The translations under genes and the position numbers were made by a program. From the UHGV virus genome UHGV-1370579: a DNA stretch of 64,000 nucleotides, one strand, 5' to 3'. The stretch's first letter is position 1; each line of letters begins with the position of its first letter. A model generated the notes under the pieces. It was not told the origin of the DNA and did no database searches. It worked only from the letters and a program-made list of their open reading frames with translations. Origin of the DNA: a virus. Of this stretch, positions 37,331-44,205 are shown in pieces.

Positions 37331-38311
37331 TTAAGCCGGCAGTTTAGCCTGCAGACCAGCCAGAGTCTGAGTGATAGCACCAAGACTTACAGCGATTTGG
37401 TTGATTACCTGACCATTTGCACCGCTACCTGCAGCGATTGCTTCGCGCAGACGGCATTCATTCAGTTCGTCCTGGATACGTGCAGTAGTTACACCAGCGA
37501 TCGCAGTCTGAAGCTCACAGCAACATTCAGCAAGCTGACGTTCGATAGCGTTCTGGTTAGCGCACATCTGAGCCTGAACAGCGGCAAACTGGTTGTTGGT
37601 CTGAATAGACTGCTGGAAAGCAATCTGAGCAGAGTCAAACTTATCTTGAGCACGTGCTATCTGGTTAGCAGCGAAAGATTGATCCATCTGACGAGAAAGA
37701 TCGAACTGACCCTGAATAACGTTACGAGTTTCAGCACAGATCTGGTTTGACAGATTAGCACCTGTACCGTAGATAGTAGTCAGAACTTGCTGAGTGCTAG
37801 CAGCTTGAGCAGCTCCCACACCGTTTACTGCACTTAGAACAGCCCCAGTGCCCTGGTTAGCTTCTGTACGAGTAGTATTGATTGCAGCTAGAATACTTGC
37901 AGTATCCTGGTTAGAAAGGATCGCGTCCACAGCGGTTCCTTCAGCGGCAACGCCAGCACCACGACCAAAACCACCAAAACCACCAAATCCGCCGGTTAAT
38001 AGAGCACCGATTAGGATAGCTCCGAATAGACCCATACCTTCTCCACCGAAAGCACTTGCGTTAGCTGGGAATGCACCCATGCCAGGGAAGCCGTTAGTAA
38101 ATACGTTTACTGGTTCTTGCATTTTATATTTTCCATATTTATGACAACGTACATCATCGTCATCTTCTTCATCTTTATCATCGTGTTCACGATGTTCTTC
38201 TTCGTAGGCTCTGACCTTCTCCCACTTTTTCTTATCTGATTCCTCGTGACGATGCAGTTCTGCTGCTACGCTAGCGACGGTTTCAGGACTCTTAGCTACT
38301 TCTTCTGTCAT
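37331..38311 (-). CDS. Gly/Ala/Gln-rich putative membrane protein
   Basis: An SD sequence taggaggtg lies 8 nt before MTEEV, and the track ORF is extended on its 5' side. The product has an acidic DKDEEDDDD block, a TM segment LFGAILIGALLTGG, GGFGGFGGFG repeats and an Ala/Gln-rich coiled tail. Confidence 0.5.
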   Translation of the reverse strand: MTEEVAKSPETVASVAAELHRHEESDKKKWEKVRAYEEEHREHDDKDEEDDDDVRCHKYGKYKMQEPVNVFTNGFPGMGAFPANASAFGGEGMGLFGAILIGALLTGGFGGFGGFGRGAGVAAEGTAVDAILSNQDTASILAAINTTRTEANQGTGAVLSAVNGVGAAQAASTQQVLTTIYGTGANLSNQICAETRNVIQGQFDLSRQMDQSFAANQIARAQDKFDSAQIAFQQSIQTNNQFAAVQAQMCANQNAIERQLAECCCELQTAIAGVTTARIQDELNECRLREAIAAGSGANGQVINQIAVSLGAITQTLAGLQAKLPA

Positions 38312-38373
38312 TTTTTGACACCTCCTAGTATATAGAAAATGTGTGTCTCTTTGATCACTCATCCATAACATAT

Positions 38374-38402
38374 ACTTTACACTACCCCAGCAAAAATGTC
38401 AA
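38374..38402 (-). promoter_or_regulatory. host-like sigma70 promoter (TTGACA, about 17 nt, TAAAGT) for the minus-strand island
   Basis: Read on the minus strand, the sequence is TTGACAtttttgctggggtagtgTAAAGTatatg. The -10 element is weak. Confidence 0.4.
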
Positions 38403-38518
38403 GGGGTCTTTAAAAATTACCCACAGATTTTTAGTGGGGTCACAAATTTTGGTCCTCACCACTTATCTGCTACCCTTAAGTGCCCTATGATTTTCCTCTA
38501 AAAAGTTAAAAAATTTGA

Positions 38519-38547
38519 TTGCTTGAATGCTAAATTCTCTGTATAAT
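38519..38547 (+). promoter_or_regulatory. stereotyped phage promoter
   Basis: The sequence is aaaaaatttgaTTGCTTgaatgctaaattctctgTATAATatatctataaatttgagagagg. Confidence 0.6.
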
Positions 38548-38577
38548 ATATCTATAAATTTGAGAGAGGAACCAAAT

Positions 38578-39096
38578 ATGAATGTTGATGAGCTAACACA
38601 GCACCTCTTATCTAGAGGATTTGATACAGAAAAATATCATTGCTGGTTAAGTCCGGAAGGATGGCTAACAGTCCCGTTATATGATTTCTCTGGGATGTTG
38701 AGGGGCTATCAAACTTATAATCCTTCTGCTCCAAAAGGTCATGGTAAGTGTCCCTTTGAAGCTAAATATTTTACTTATTCTACTACCCAGTGTGTATGGG
38801 GACTAGAAACTCTCAATGGAGATGAAAAAGTAGTATTGATCGCTGAATCTGTATTTAAGGCAGTTGCGTTACATAACGCTGGTTATCCAGCGCTAGCAAT
38901 GTTGGGCTCTTCTCCAGGAAAAGCGTTATTAAAGCAACTGAAATTATTACCTTTTAAATTGGTAGCTGTCGGGGATAATGATCCTGCGGGTGAAAAATTT
39001 GCTAGAAAATTAAACGGCTTTGTTTCTCCTGTAGATGTAGATGAGATGTCTACCGAAAACTTGAAAAATTTTCTTGCTATGAAGCTAAATTTCTAA
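38578..39096 (+). CDS. Toprim-domain protein
   Basis: The Toprim-like acidic motifs are VVLIAESVFKAV and LVAVGDNDPAGEKFA. The Met at 38578 follows the SD sequence gagagagg. Confidence 0.5.
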   Translation: MNVDELTQHLLSRGFDTEKYHCWLSPEGWLTVPLYDFSGMLRGYQTYNPSAPKGHGKCPFEAKYFTYSTTQCVWGLETLNGDEKVVLIAESVFKAVALHNAGYPALAMLGSSPGKALLKQLKLLPFKLVAVGDNDPAGEKFARKLNGFVSPVDVDEMSTENLKNFLAMKLNF

Positions 39097-39102
39097 TATA
39101 AT
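39074..39102 (+). promoter_or_regulatory. stereotyped phage promoter overlapping the end of the Toprim ORF and driving tRNAs
   Basis: The sequence is tcTTGCTAtgaagctaaatttctaaTATAATatatcttataaattcggaag. Confidence 0.55.
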
Positions 39103-39117
39103 ATATCTTATAAATTC

Positions 39118-39206
39118 GGAAGAATAGCATAACGGTATTGCAGCAGATTGCTAATCTGTCGGTTTGAAATATAGCCTTGTGGGTTCGATTCCCACTTCTT
39201 CCGCCA
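39118..39206 (+). tRNA. tRNA-Ser (anticodon GCU), class II, CCA encoded
   Basis: The acceptor is ggaagaa/ttcttcc and the anticodon loop is ttgctaa. It has a long variable arm. The T-arm is gtggg-ttcgatt-cccac. Confidence 0.65.
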
Positions 39207-39212
39207 AATTCT

Positions 39213-39290
39213 GGTTCTCAAGCTCATATGGTATGAGCACCCAGCTCATAACTGGAAGGTACGTAGGTTCGAATCCTCGGGGAGCCACCA
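39213..39290 (+). tRNA. tRNA-like with anticodon CAU (Met or Ile2); weak T-stem
   Basis: The acceptor is ggttctc/gggagcc with wobble pairs. The anticodon loop is ctcataa. Only 3 of 5 T-stem base pairs form. Confidence 0.4.
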
Positions 39291-39506
39291 ACTTAATTAG
39301 GGGATTACAAGTGGAATTATACATAGTTTATGTTGTGTTTATTCAAGATAGAGAATACCCTGATGAATATAAAAAAGGATATAGGTTAGCCAGAGCCACC
39401 TCTGAAGCCCAAGCTATGGATAAAGTGGCAGATTATATGATTACGGTAGAAAACGTACACTATATCGACTACCTTGAGGCCTCAAAAGTAATTGACTAAG
39501 TTACAC

Positions 39507-39583
39507 GGGGGTGTAATCGAATTGGCATAGGTACTGGACTTAAAATTCAGGTTTTGTGGGTTCGAATCCCACCACCCCTACCA
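39507..39583 (+). tRNA. tRNA, anticodon probably UAA; poor D-stem
   Basis: The acceptor is gggggtg/cacccct and the anticodon loop is cttaaaa. The T-arm is gtggg-ttcgaat-cccac, followed by acca. Confidence 0.45.
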
Positions 39584-39758
39584 AATTAAGGAAATAAGAT
39601 GTATAGACATCCACCTCCGCCAACACGTCGTTCTAGGGAAATCATCCTCATGGAATTGACGAAAAACTTCAAGGCGACCCTTGAGGATAGAGACTTAGGC
39701 ACAGATGAAGACGTTGATTTCATCTGTAAACTATTAAAAATGAAACTGGAGAAATAAC

Positions 39759-39965
39759 ATGGCTAATCCTGAAATTACCATGCAACGATTCATGGCTAAA
39801 GGCATGATAGCCGAGGCAGGCATTGAACAAGAAGTAAAAAGTTATTACGAACAGATTAAGGATATTATAGACTCTGCTAAAAACACCGGAGAAAAAGAAC
39901 ACGGTGCAGCAATTATGGCTATAACTCTTATTAGTCTAGACTTGGCCGAAAAATCTGGAGTTTAG
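39759..39965 (+). CDS. hypothetical small protein
   Basis: This is a 68-aa ORF. Confidence 0.45.
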   Translation: MANPEITMQRFMAKGMIAEAGIEQEVKSYYEQIKDIIDSAKNTGEKEHGAAIMAITLISLDLAEKSGV

Positions 39966-39995
39966 CTCCTCCAAACAGAATTTTTAAAAATGTAC

Positions 39996-40025
39996 TTGCC
40001 TTTTACTTTAAATTTCTGGTATAAT
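39996..40025 (+). promoter_or_regulatory. stereotyped phage promoter (18-nt spacer)
   Basis: The sequence is aaaaatgtacTTGCCTtttactttaaatttctggTATAATagtt. Confidence 0.55.
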
Positions 40026-40055
40026 AGTTATATAGATTGATGAAGGAGTTAATTA

Positions 40056-40331
40056 ATGCAAAATCGTGTTGTAGCAACTGGTATTGAAAGTGCAATCTGC
40101 AAATCCTGGGAAGACTGGGAAGGTGAGATTGAGTGGCTCTATCTCTATAACGTAGAGCTTTTACCGGAAGTTAAAGCTAAATGTATTGAAGCTGGCATGG
40201 CTCCAGATGCAAAAGCTGATATTGATATTTTAATGTCTGAACTTAAAGGTCGTGTAGTTACCGTTAGTAATGAGGGCGAAGAAGTTTTCGAACTTCCGTT
40301 CTCCTTAACTGTCACTCCTAAGTTCGACTAA
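40056..40331 (+). CDS. hypothetical protein
   Basis: This is a 91-aa ORF. Confidence 0.5.
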   Translation: MQNRVVATGIESAICKSWEDWEGEIEWLYLYNVELLPEVKAKCIEAGMAPDAKADIDILMSELKGRVVTVSNEGEEVFELPFSLTVTPKFD

Positions 40332-40367
40332 CTAATACAGCACTGAGCAAGTTCTTTAAAATTTGAC

Positions 40368-40396
40368 TTGCTCAGTGCCTTAAAACTTGGTATAAT
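40368..40396 (+). promoter_or_regulatory. stereotyped phage promoter whose -35 lies inside an 11-bp hairpin
   Basis: The sequence is atttgacTTGCTCagtgccttaaaacttggTATAATagtt. The stem cactgagcaag/cttgctcagtg spans 40346-40382. Confidence 0.55.
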
Positions 40397-40459
40397 AGTT
40401 ATCTAATTCGGAAACATATTTAAAAGTGTTTAAACTAGTATTTGAATACTTTTAAATAT

Positions 40460-40550
40460 GTTGGATTAGTATCGTAGAGGTAGCGAAGCAGACTGTAAAT
40501 CTGCCGACTCGGAAGGGTCTCGGGTGGTTCGACTCCATCATCCAACACCA
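40460..40550 (+). tRNA. tRNA-Tyr (anticodon GUA), class II
   Basis: The acceptor is gttggat/atccaac and the anticodon loop is ctgtaaa. It has a long variable arm. The T-arm is ggtgg-ttcgact-ccatc, followed by acca. Confidence 0.65.
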
Positions 40551-40557
40551 AATTTAA

Positions 40558-40634
40558 GTCCTGTTAGACAAACTGGTAAAGTCACTACCCTTTCAAGGTA
40601 GGATTTGCGGGTTCGATCCCCGCACAGGACGCCA
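40558..40634 (+). tRNA. tRNA-Glu (anticodon UUC)
   Basis: The acceptor is gtcctgt/acaggac. The anticodon stem is ctacc/ggtag with loop ctttcaa. The T-arm is gcggg-ttcgatc-cccgc, followed by gcca. Confidence 0.7.
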
Positions 40635-40642
40635 ATTTCTGC

Positions 40643-40719
40643 ATTCCTAGAGTGTTACTGGACAGCATGTCGGTCTCCAAAACCGTACGGTCTAGGTTCG
40701 AGTCCTAGTAGGTTTGCCA
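40643..40719 (+). tRNA. tRNA-Trp-like (anticodon CCA); the acceptor stem has two U-U mismatches
   Basis: The anticodon loop is ctccaaa. The T-arm is ctagg-ttcgagt-cctag. The acceptor is attccta/taggttt, followed by gcca. Confidence 0.4.
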
Positions 40720-40725
40720 AAATTT

Positions 40726-40800
40726 GCACCTTTAGCTGAGATGGATTAGCGCTTGCCTGAAGAGCTTGAGAGGTTCGTTCGATACGAACAGGGTGCACCA
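40726..40800 (+). tRNA. tRNA-Phe (anticodon GAA); the anticodon stem has two mismatches
   Basis: The acceptor is gcacctt/agggtgc. The D-arm is gctg...tagc. The anticodon loop is ctgaaga. The T-arm is gttcg-ttcgata-cgaac, followed by acca. Confidence 0.55.
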
Positions 40801-40802
40801 AA

Positions 40803-41090
40803 TTGAAGGAGATGCTGATGCATCCTGAAAACTTCTTTATTTACTGCGCGGATAAGTCGCTGAAACGTAGAATTAACAAAGTCTATCATTATCGTGCTAG
40901 TCAACAGCCTTATGTATATGCTTTTGATGGTGATCACATTCCATTAGAACAATTATCTTGTGACTACATGATATTGAAGAACTTTGACGAGACAAAGATC
41001 TCAAGCGTTCATAATCGACAGAATCCCTTAACGTGGAAATATAGGAAGAAAAAGAAAGGCATCAAATTCTTAAAAAATGTAGTTGCTTAG
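40803..41090 (+). CDS. hypothetical protein
   Basis: This 95-aa ORF starts 3 nt after tRNA-Phe. Confidence 0.45.
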   Translation: MKEMLMHPENFFIYCADKSLKRRINKVYHYRASQQPYVYAFDGDHIPLEQLSCDYMILKNFDETKISSVHNRQNPLTWKYRKKKKGIKFLKNVVA

Positions 41091-41111
41091 TTTCCAAAAG
41101 TTCTGTATAAT
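41083..41111 (+). promoter_or_regulatory. stereotyped phage promoter
   Basis: The sequence is aaaaaatgtagTTGCTTagtttccaaaagttctgTATAATaattacataaattgaactggag. Confidence 0.6.
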
Positions 41112-41159
41112 AATTACATAAATTGAACTGGAGAAGCAACATGACAGAACAAGATAAAC

Positions 41160-41235
41160 CGACCGTTGGCTGAATGGCTTAGGCGAAGGATTGCAAATCC
41201 TTTTTATGTGAGTTCAAATCTCATGCGGTCGTCCA
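41160..41235 (+). tRNA. tRNA-Cys (anticodon GCA)
   Basis: The acceptor is cgaccgt/gcggtcg. The anticodon stem is aagga/tcctt with loop ttgcaaa. The T-arm is gtgag-ttcaaat-ctcat, followed by tcca. Confidence 0.7.
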
Positions 41236-41256
41236 ATTTGCTAAAGGAAAGAAGTA

Positions 41257-41775
41257 GTGCATACAAAAGTTTTTGATAGTTTGGTAAAGAAAGGCGTTGT
41301 TACTAATGAGCCCTTCTATATAACCGCAGAACTAATCCAAAGATTTATGGAAGAATATATAAATCTTTCAGGAACCAATGGTAATACCAAAAAGAATACG
41401 AATACTATGTATTCGAGAAAACTTGCTGCACTTTCCTTTATAAAGTTTAAGCAGGAAAATAAACTTCCTATTTCTGAAGGTTTTGTATACTGTATTAGTA
41501 ACCCTGCATGGAAAAATCAGTATAAAATAGGTATGAGTCAAAATCCAAAAGAGAGATTAGCTCAATATCAGACTTATTCCCCTTATAGGGATTATAAGTT
41601 AGAGCATTGGTCTTTTTGGTTTGACAAACGAAAAGGTGAAAAACTAATTCACCAGTATTTCAAAGATTTAAAAGAACATGAGTGGTTTAGTATAAATTCT
41701 AGGGATCTTAGTAAATATCTAGAACGTATTAACTCTAGTTCTGACTTATATGGTTCCTTAGCTCTAATTGGTTAG
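41257..41775 (+). CDS. T5orf172-domain (GIY-YIG-like) protein
   Basis: The GIY-YIG-like motif is EGFVYCISNPAWKNQYKIGMS...RLAQYQTYSPYRDYKL. It is paralogous to 43529-44002. Confidence 0.65.
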   Translation: MHTKVFDSLVKKGVVTNEPFYITAELIQRFMEEYINLSGTNGNTKKNTNTMYSRKLAALSFIKFKQENKLPISEGFVYCISNPAWKNQYKIGMSQNPKERLAQYQTYSPYRDYKLEHWSFWFDKRKGEKLIHQYFKDLKEHEWFSINSRDLSKYLERINSSSDLYGSLALIG

Positions 41776-41829
41776 AGCGGCATCTTGTTAAGTTGAGGGT
41801 TGCTGGTTCGAATCCAGCAGGAACCGCCA
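41752..41829 (+). tRNA. tRNA-Asn (anticodon GUU); weak anticodon stem; its 5' end lies inside the T5orf172 ORF
   Basis: The acceptor is ggttcct/aggaacc. The D-arm is gctc...gagc. The anticodon loop is ttgttaa. The T-arm is gctgg-ttcgaat-ccagc, followed by gcca. Confidence 0.55.
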
Positions 41830-41831
41830 AA

Positions 41832-41907
41832 TTCTGTGTAGAGTTAAGTAAACCGGTAGCCAACCAGCTATCATTGCTGACATCGAACTCAGCCACAGGT
41901 ACCATTT
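41832..41907 (+). tRNA. degenerate tRNA-like element (8-nt T-loop, no clean D or anticodon arms)
   Basis: The acceptor-like pairing is ttctgtg/cacaggt followed by acca. The T-like arm is gctga-catcgaac-tcagc. Confidence 0.3.
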
Positions 41908-41931
41908 TCATTAATAACTGAGGAAACAAGC

Positions 41932-42117
41932 ATGTCCAAGAATGTGATTGCGCAACTAGAAGTTCATCGTGATAGCACTATCAACAATATTGAAGTTGAG
42001 AAGAAATACATCGAAGAACTTAAACATGATATACTAGTAAGTCTCAATCGTCTTAATGTACGAAAAGAGTTTCTTAAAGAACTTAATGCAGCTATTGAAA
42101 AACTCAAAGCTGAGTAA
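41932..42117 (+). CDS. hypothetical small coiled-coil protein
   Basis: This is a 61-aa ORF. Confidence 0.45.
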   Translation: MSKNVIAQLEVHRDSTINNIEVEKKYIEELKHDILVSLNRLNVRKEFLKELNAAIEKLKAE

Positions 42118-42126
42118 ATAAATTAT

Positions 42127-42203
42127 GCGACCGGGGCTGGCTTGGTAATGGTACTCCCCTGTCACGGGAGGGAATGTGGGTTCAAATCCCATCGGTCGCG
42201 CCA
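42127..42203 (+). tRNA. tRNA-Asp (anticodon GUC)
   Basis: The acceptor is gcgaccg/cggtcgc. The anticodon stem is ctccc/gggag with loop ctgtcac. The T-arm is gtggg-ttcaaat-cccat, followed by gcca. Confidence 0.7.
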
Positions 42204-42228
42204 ACTTAATTCAGTATGAGAATATACT

Positions 42229-42576
42229 ATGCGTAATGCTAAAGAAGAGCTGTTACTCGCCTTAAAAAATACCAATTCTAAAGTTAAGTGTATTAAAATA
42301 GAATTTGGGTATTATGGGGATAAAAAAGTCTGGGTATTACCTTTAGGCTATACAGAAGAAGATATTGAGAATTTTCTTAATAATCTAGACTTTGAGTATG
42401 ATTCTGGATACGGTGGACAATTACTTTATGGTAATGTATGGTTTGCCGATGGAACTTGGCTAGAACGTGGGGAATATGATGGTGCTGAGTGGTGGGAATA
42501 CAAGGCCACCCCAGCAATCCCAGAGGATTGCCGAACAATTAATGGTGAAGTAGATAATACTTTACGGTTAAACTAA
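42229..42576 (+). CDS. hypothetical protein
   Basis: This is a 115-aa ORF. Confidence 0.5.
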   Translation: MRNAKEELLLALKNTNSKVKCIKIEFGYYGDKKVWVLPLGYTEEDIENFLNNLDFEYDSGYGGQLLYGNVWFADGTWLERGEYDGAEWWEYKATPAIPEDCRTINGEVDNTLRLN

Positions 42577-42698
42577 CAGAATTTCAGTGCAGAACACGGA
42601 GCTAGCAATTCGGAAGTGCTGACTCATGATAAGCTGCCTATGTACTTGCGAAGCGGTCGTGTCCAAGACTCGGACTCTTGCACTGAAAACAATCAAAC

Positions 42699-42822
42699 AT
42701 TCTAGCGTGGTTGATGGGGAAACCAGCTTGGCGAGGGCAGAAGCTCGTTCGATTCGAGTGAAAGAATGGTTCTCGTAAGTCCGCACAAGTGATAACAGGT
42801 TCGAGTCCTGTCTAGAATGACA
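42699..42822 (+). ncRNA. 124-nt tRNA-like structured RNA closed by a 7-bp acceptor-like stem
   Basis: The stem attctag/ctagaat encloses four internal hairpins, including two ttcgaNt T-arm-like loops. No ORF covers this span. Confidence 0.3.
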
Positions 42823-42968
42823 CTATAAAGTCTACTTATTATGTAGGTTCCGATAGATCGGCGGGTCTATTCTGGCATTTAAGAGAGGTCTCGCAAACTT
42901 CTTTGTCAGCCGTGGGGTTGGTAGCCTCCAGGTAGCCTACACAATAAGTAAATTTATTAAAAATTCAT

Positions 42969-42997
42969 TTGCTATTCAGCTTAATTATCTTTATAAT
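42969..42997 (+). promoter_or_regulatory. stereotyped phage promoter
   Basis: The sequence is aaaaattcatTTGCTAttcagcttaattatcttTATAATatattttataaagtgaagag. Confidence 0.6.
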
Positions 42998-43029
42998 ATA
43001 TTTTATAAAGTGAAGAGAAGGAAAGCAAA

Positions 43030-43188
43030 ATGAAACACAAGATAGCTCAAGTTTTTATGGCATTATGGTGTATGCCCATAGCTATAACAGCATTTAATCT
43101 AGATACTTTTACTATAGAAGAAAAATGTATCGGATTAGTTAGCGGCTTTAGTATGCTGGGCTTATCTTTGTTGTGGTTGAAGAAATAA
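43030..43188 (+). CDS. hypothetical small hydrophobic peptide (52 aa)
   Basis: The product is MKHKIAQVFMALWCMPIAITAF...LSLLWLKK, with an SD sequence agaaggaaag. It is below the ORF-track cutoff. Confidence 0.3.
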   Translation: MKHKIAQVFMALWCMPIAITAFNLDTFTIEEKCIGLVSGFSMLGLSLLWLKK

Positions 43189-43204
43189 TATTCTCCGTGT
43201 AGCT

Positions 43205-43282
43205 CAGTTTGGCCAGAGCGTTTCGTTTGGGGCGATAGGGTCGGGGGTTCAAATCCTCCCACGGAGACCAAACAATTGCGGG
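43205..43282 (+). tRNA. tRNA-Pro (anticodon UGG)
   Basis: The acceptor is ctccgtg/cacggag. The D-arm is gctc...gagc. The anticodon loop is tttgggg. The T-arm is ggggg-ttcaaat-cctcc, followed by acca. Confidence 0.7.
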
Positions 43283-43288
43283 TTAGAT

Positions 43289-43366
43289 CTCTGGTAGAGA
43301 TCGCTAGTCTCATAAGCTAGAAAGAGGTAGGTTCGATTCCTGCACCCGCTTCCATTTTAATAGAGG
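43289..43366 (+). tRNA. tRNA with anticodon CAU (Met/fMet/Ile2); 1:72 mismatch
   Basis: The acceptor is tgcgggt/acccgct. The D-arm is gatc...gatc. The anticodon stem is ctagt/gctag with loop ctcataa. The T-arm is gtagg-ttcgatt-cctgc, followed by tcca. Confidence 0.6.
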
Positions 43367-43374
43367 ATTTCGAA

Positions 43375-43538
43375 ATGAAAGTATTTCGATTAGTAGTAAG
43401 TGACAAACGTTTAGGTAATAATACCTCAAGATCCTTACTTGCACATTATGGAAAAGATGAAAAAGAAGTAATGGCGGAGTTTGGGATTAATCATTCTTAC
43501 TTAAAAGTCCATTCTATTAAGGAAGTTTATGCTTATTA
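43375..43538 (+). CDS. hypothetical small protein (54 aa)
   Basis: The product runs MKVFRLVVSDKRLG...KEVYAY. Its stop overlaps the start of the next T5orf172 ORF. Confidence 0.3.
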
Positions 43539-44002
43539 ACCGTGTACTTCAAGCCCTGGATCTTCCAAAGCACTTTACTATTACTGACTCCTTAATACGT
43601 AGGTATATGGAGAAGTATAACGAAATATCCGGTAAAGAAGGTAAACTAAAATCCTCAGAGTTTAAGTTCTGTTATAGAATGGCAGCGTTAAACTTACTGA
43701 AGTATAAAAGGGAGCATAAAATCCCTATAACAGAAGGGTTTGTATATGTAATAGGTAACCCAGCGTGGCCTGGACTCTATAAGATAGGTATGACAGTAGA
43801 CGTAAATGAAAGACTGTCTAGTTATCAAACATATTCGCCCTATCGTGATTACAAGTTATACCATTTTAGATTCTCCTCGGACAAGAGAAGAACTGAAAAA
43901 GCATTACATAATCTTCTGAAAGACTACAAAGTATCAGGAGAATGGTTTGAAGTACCTCTGTTAGACGCTTTTAAACTATTAGTAGAGAATTTGGATTGCT
44001 AG
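43529..44002 (+). CDS. T5orf172-domain (GIY-YIG-like) protein, second paralog
   Basis: The motif is EGFVYVIGNPAWPGLYKIGMT...RLSSYQTYSPYRDYKL. Confidence 0.65.
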   Translation: MLINRVLQALDLPKHFTITDSLIRRYMEKYNEISGKEGKLKSSEFKFCYRMAALNLLKYKREHKIPITEGFVYVIGNPAWPGLYKIGMTVDVNERLSSYQTYSPYRDYKLYHFRFSSDKRRTEKALHNLLKDYKVSGEWFEVPLLDAFKLLVENLDC

Positions 44003-44070
44003 CTCAACTGGATAAGAGTAGCGGACCTTTAATCCGTCAGTTCTGGGTTCGAATCCCAGGCAATCCACCA
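43993..44070 (+). tRNA. tRNA-Lys (anticodon UUU); its 5' end overlaps the stop codon of the T5orf172 ORF
   Basis: The acceptor is ggattgc/gcaatcc. The anticodon stem is gcgga/tccgt with loop cctttaa. The T-arm is ctggg-ttcgaat-cccag, followed by acca. Confidence 0.65.
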
Positions 44071-44077
44071 AATTTTT

Positions 44078-44160
44078 GCTCGGTTAGTTTAATGAGAGAA
44101 CCCCGTCTTTACACGGCGGTAGCGATAGTTAGATTCTATCACCGAGTACCAAGTCCAAGA
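44078..44160 (+). tRNA. degenerate tRNA-like element (non-canonical T-loop ttagatt, irregular anticodon arm)
   Basis: The acceptor-like pairing is gctcggt/accgagt followed by acca. The T-like arm is gatag-ttagatt-ctatc. Confidence 0.3.
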
Positions 44161-44176
44161 AATTTCAAAAACGCAT

Positions 44177-44205
44177 TTGCTTAATGCTTAATTTCTTGTT
44201 ATAAT
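44177..44205 (+). promoter_or_regulatory. stereotyped phage promoter
   Basis: The sequence is aaaaacgcaTTTGCTTaatgcttaatttcttgtTATAATatttatataaattgatgaggag. Confidence 0.6.

Noticed and set aside
39164-39499. A 111-aa plus-strand ORF.
   Set aside because: Its first 40 codons run straight through two tRNA genes (39118-39290), and no SD sequence precedes its start codon. It is more likely the intergenic read-through of a tRNA precursor, possibly with a short real ORF only in its 3' half.
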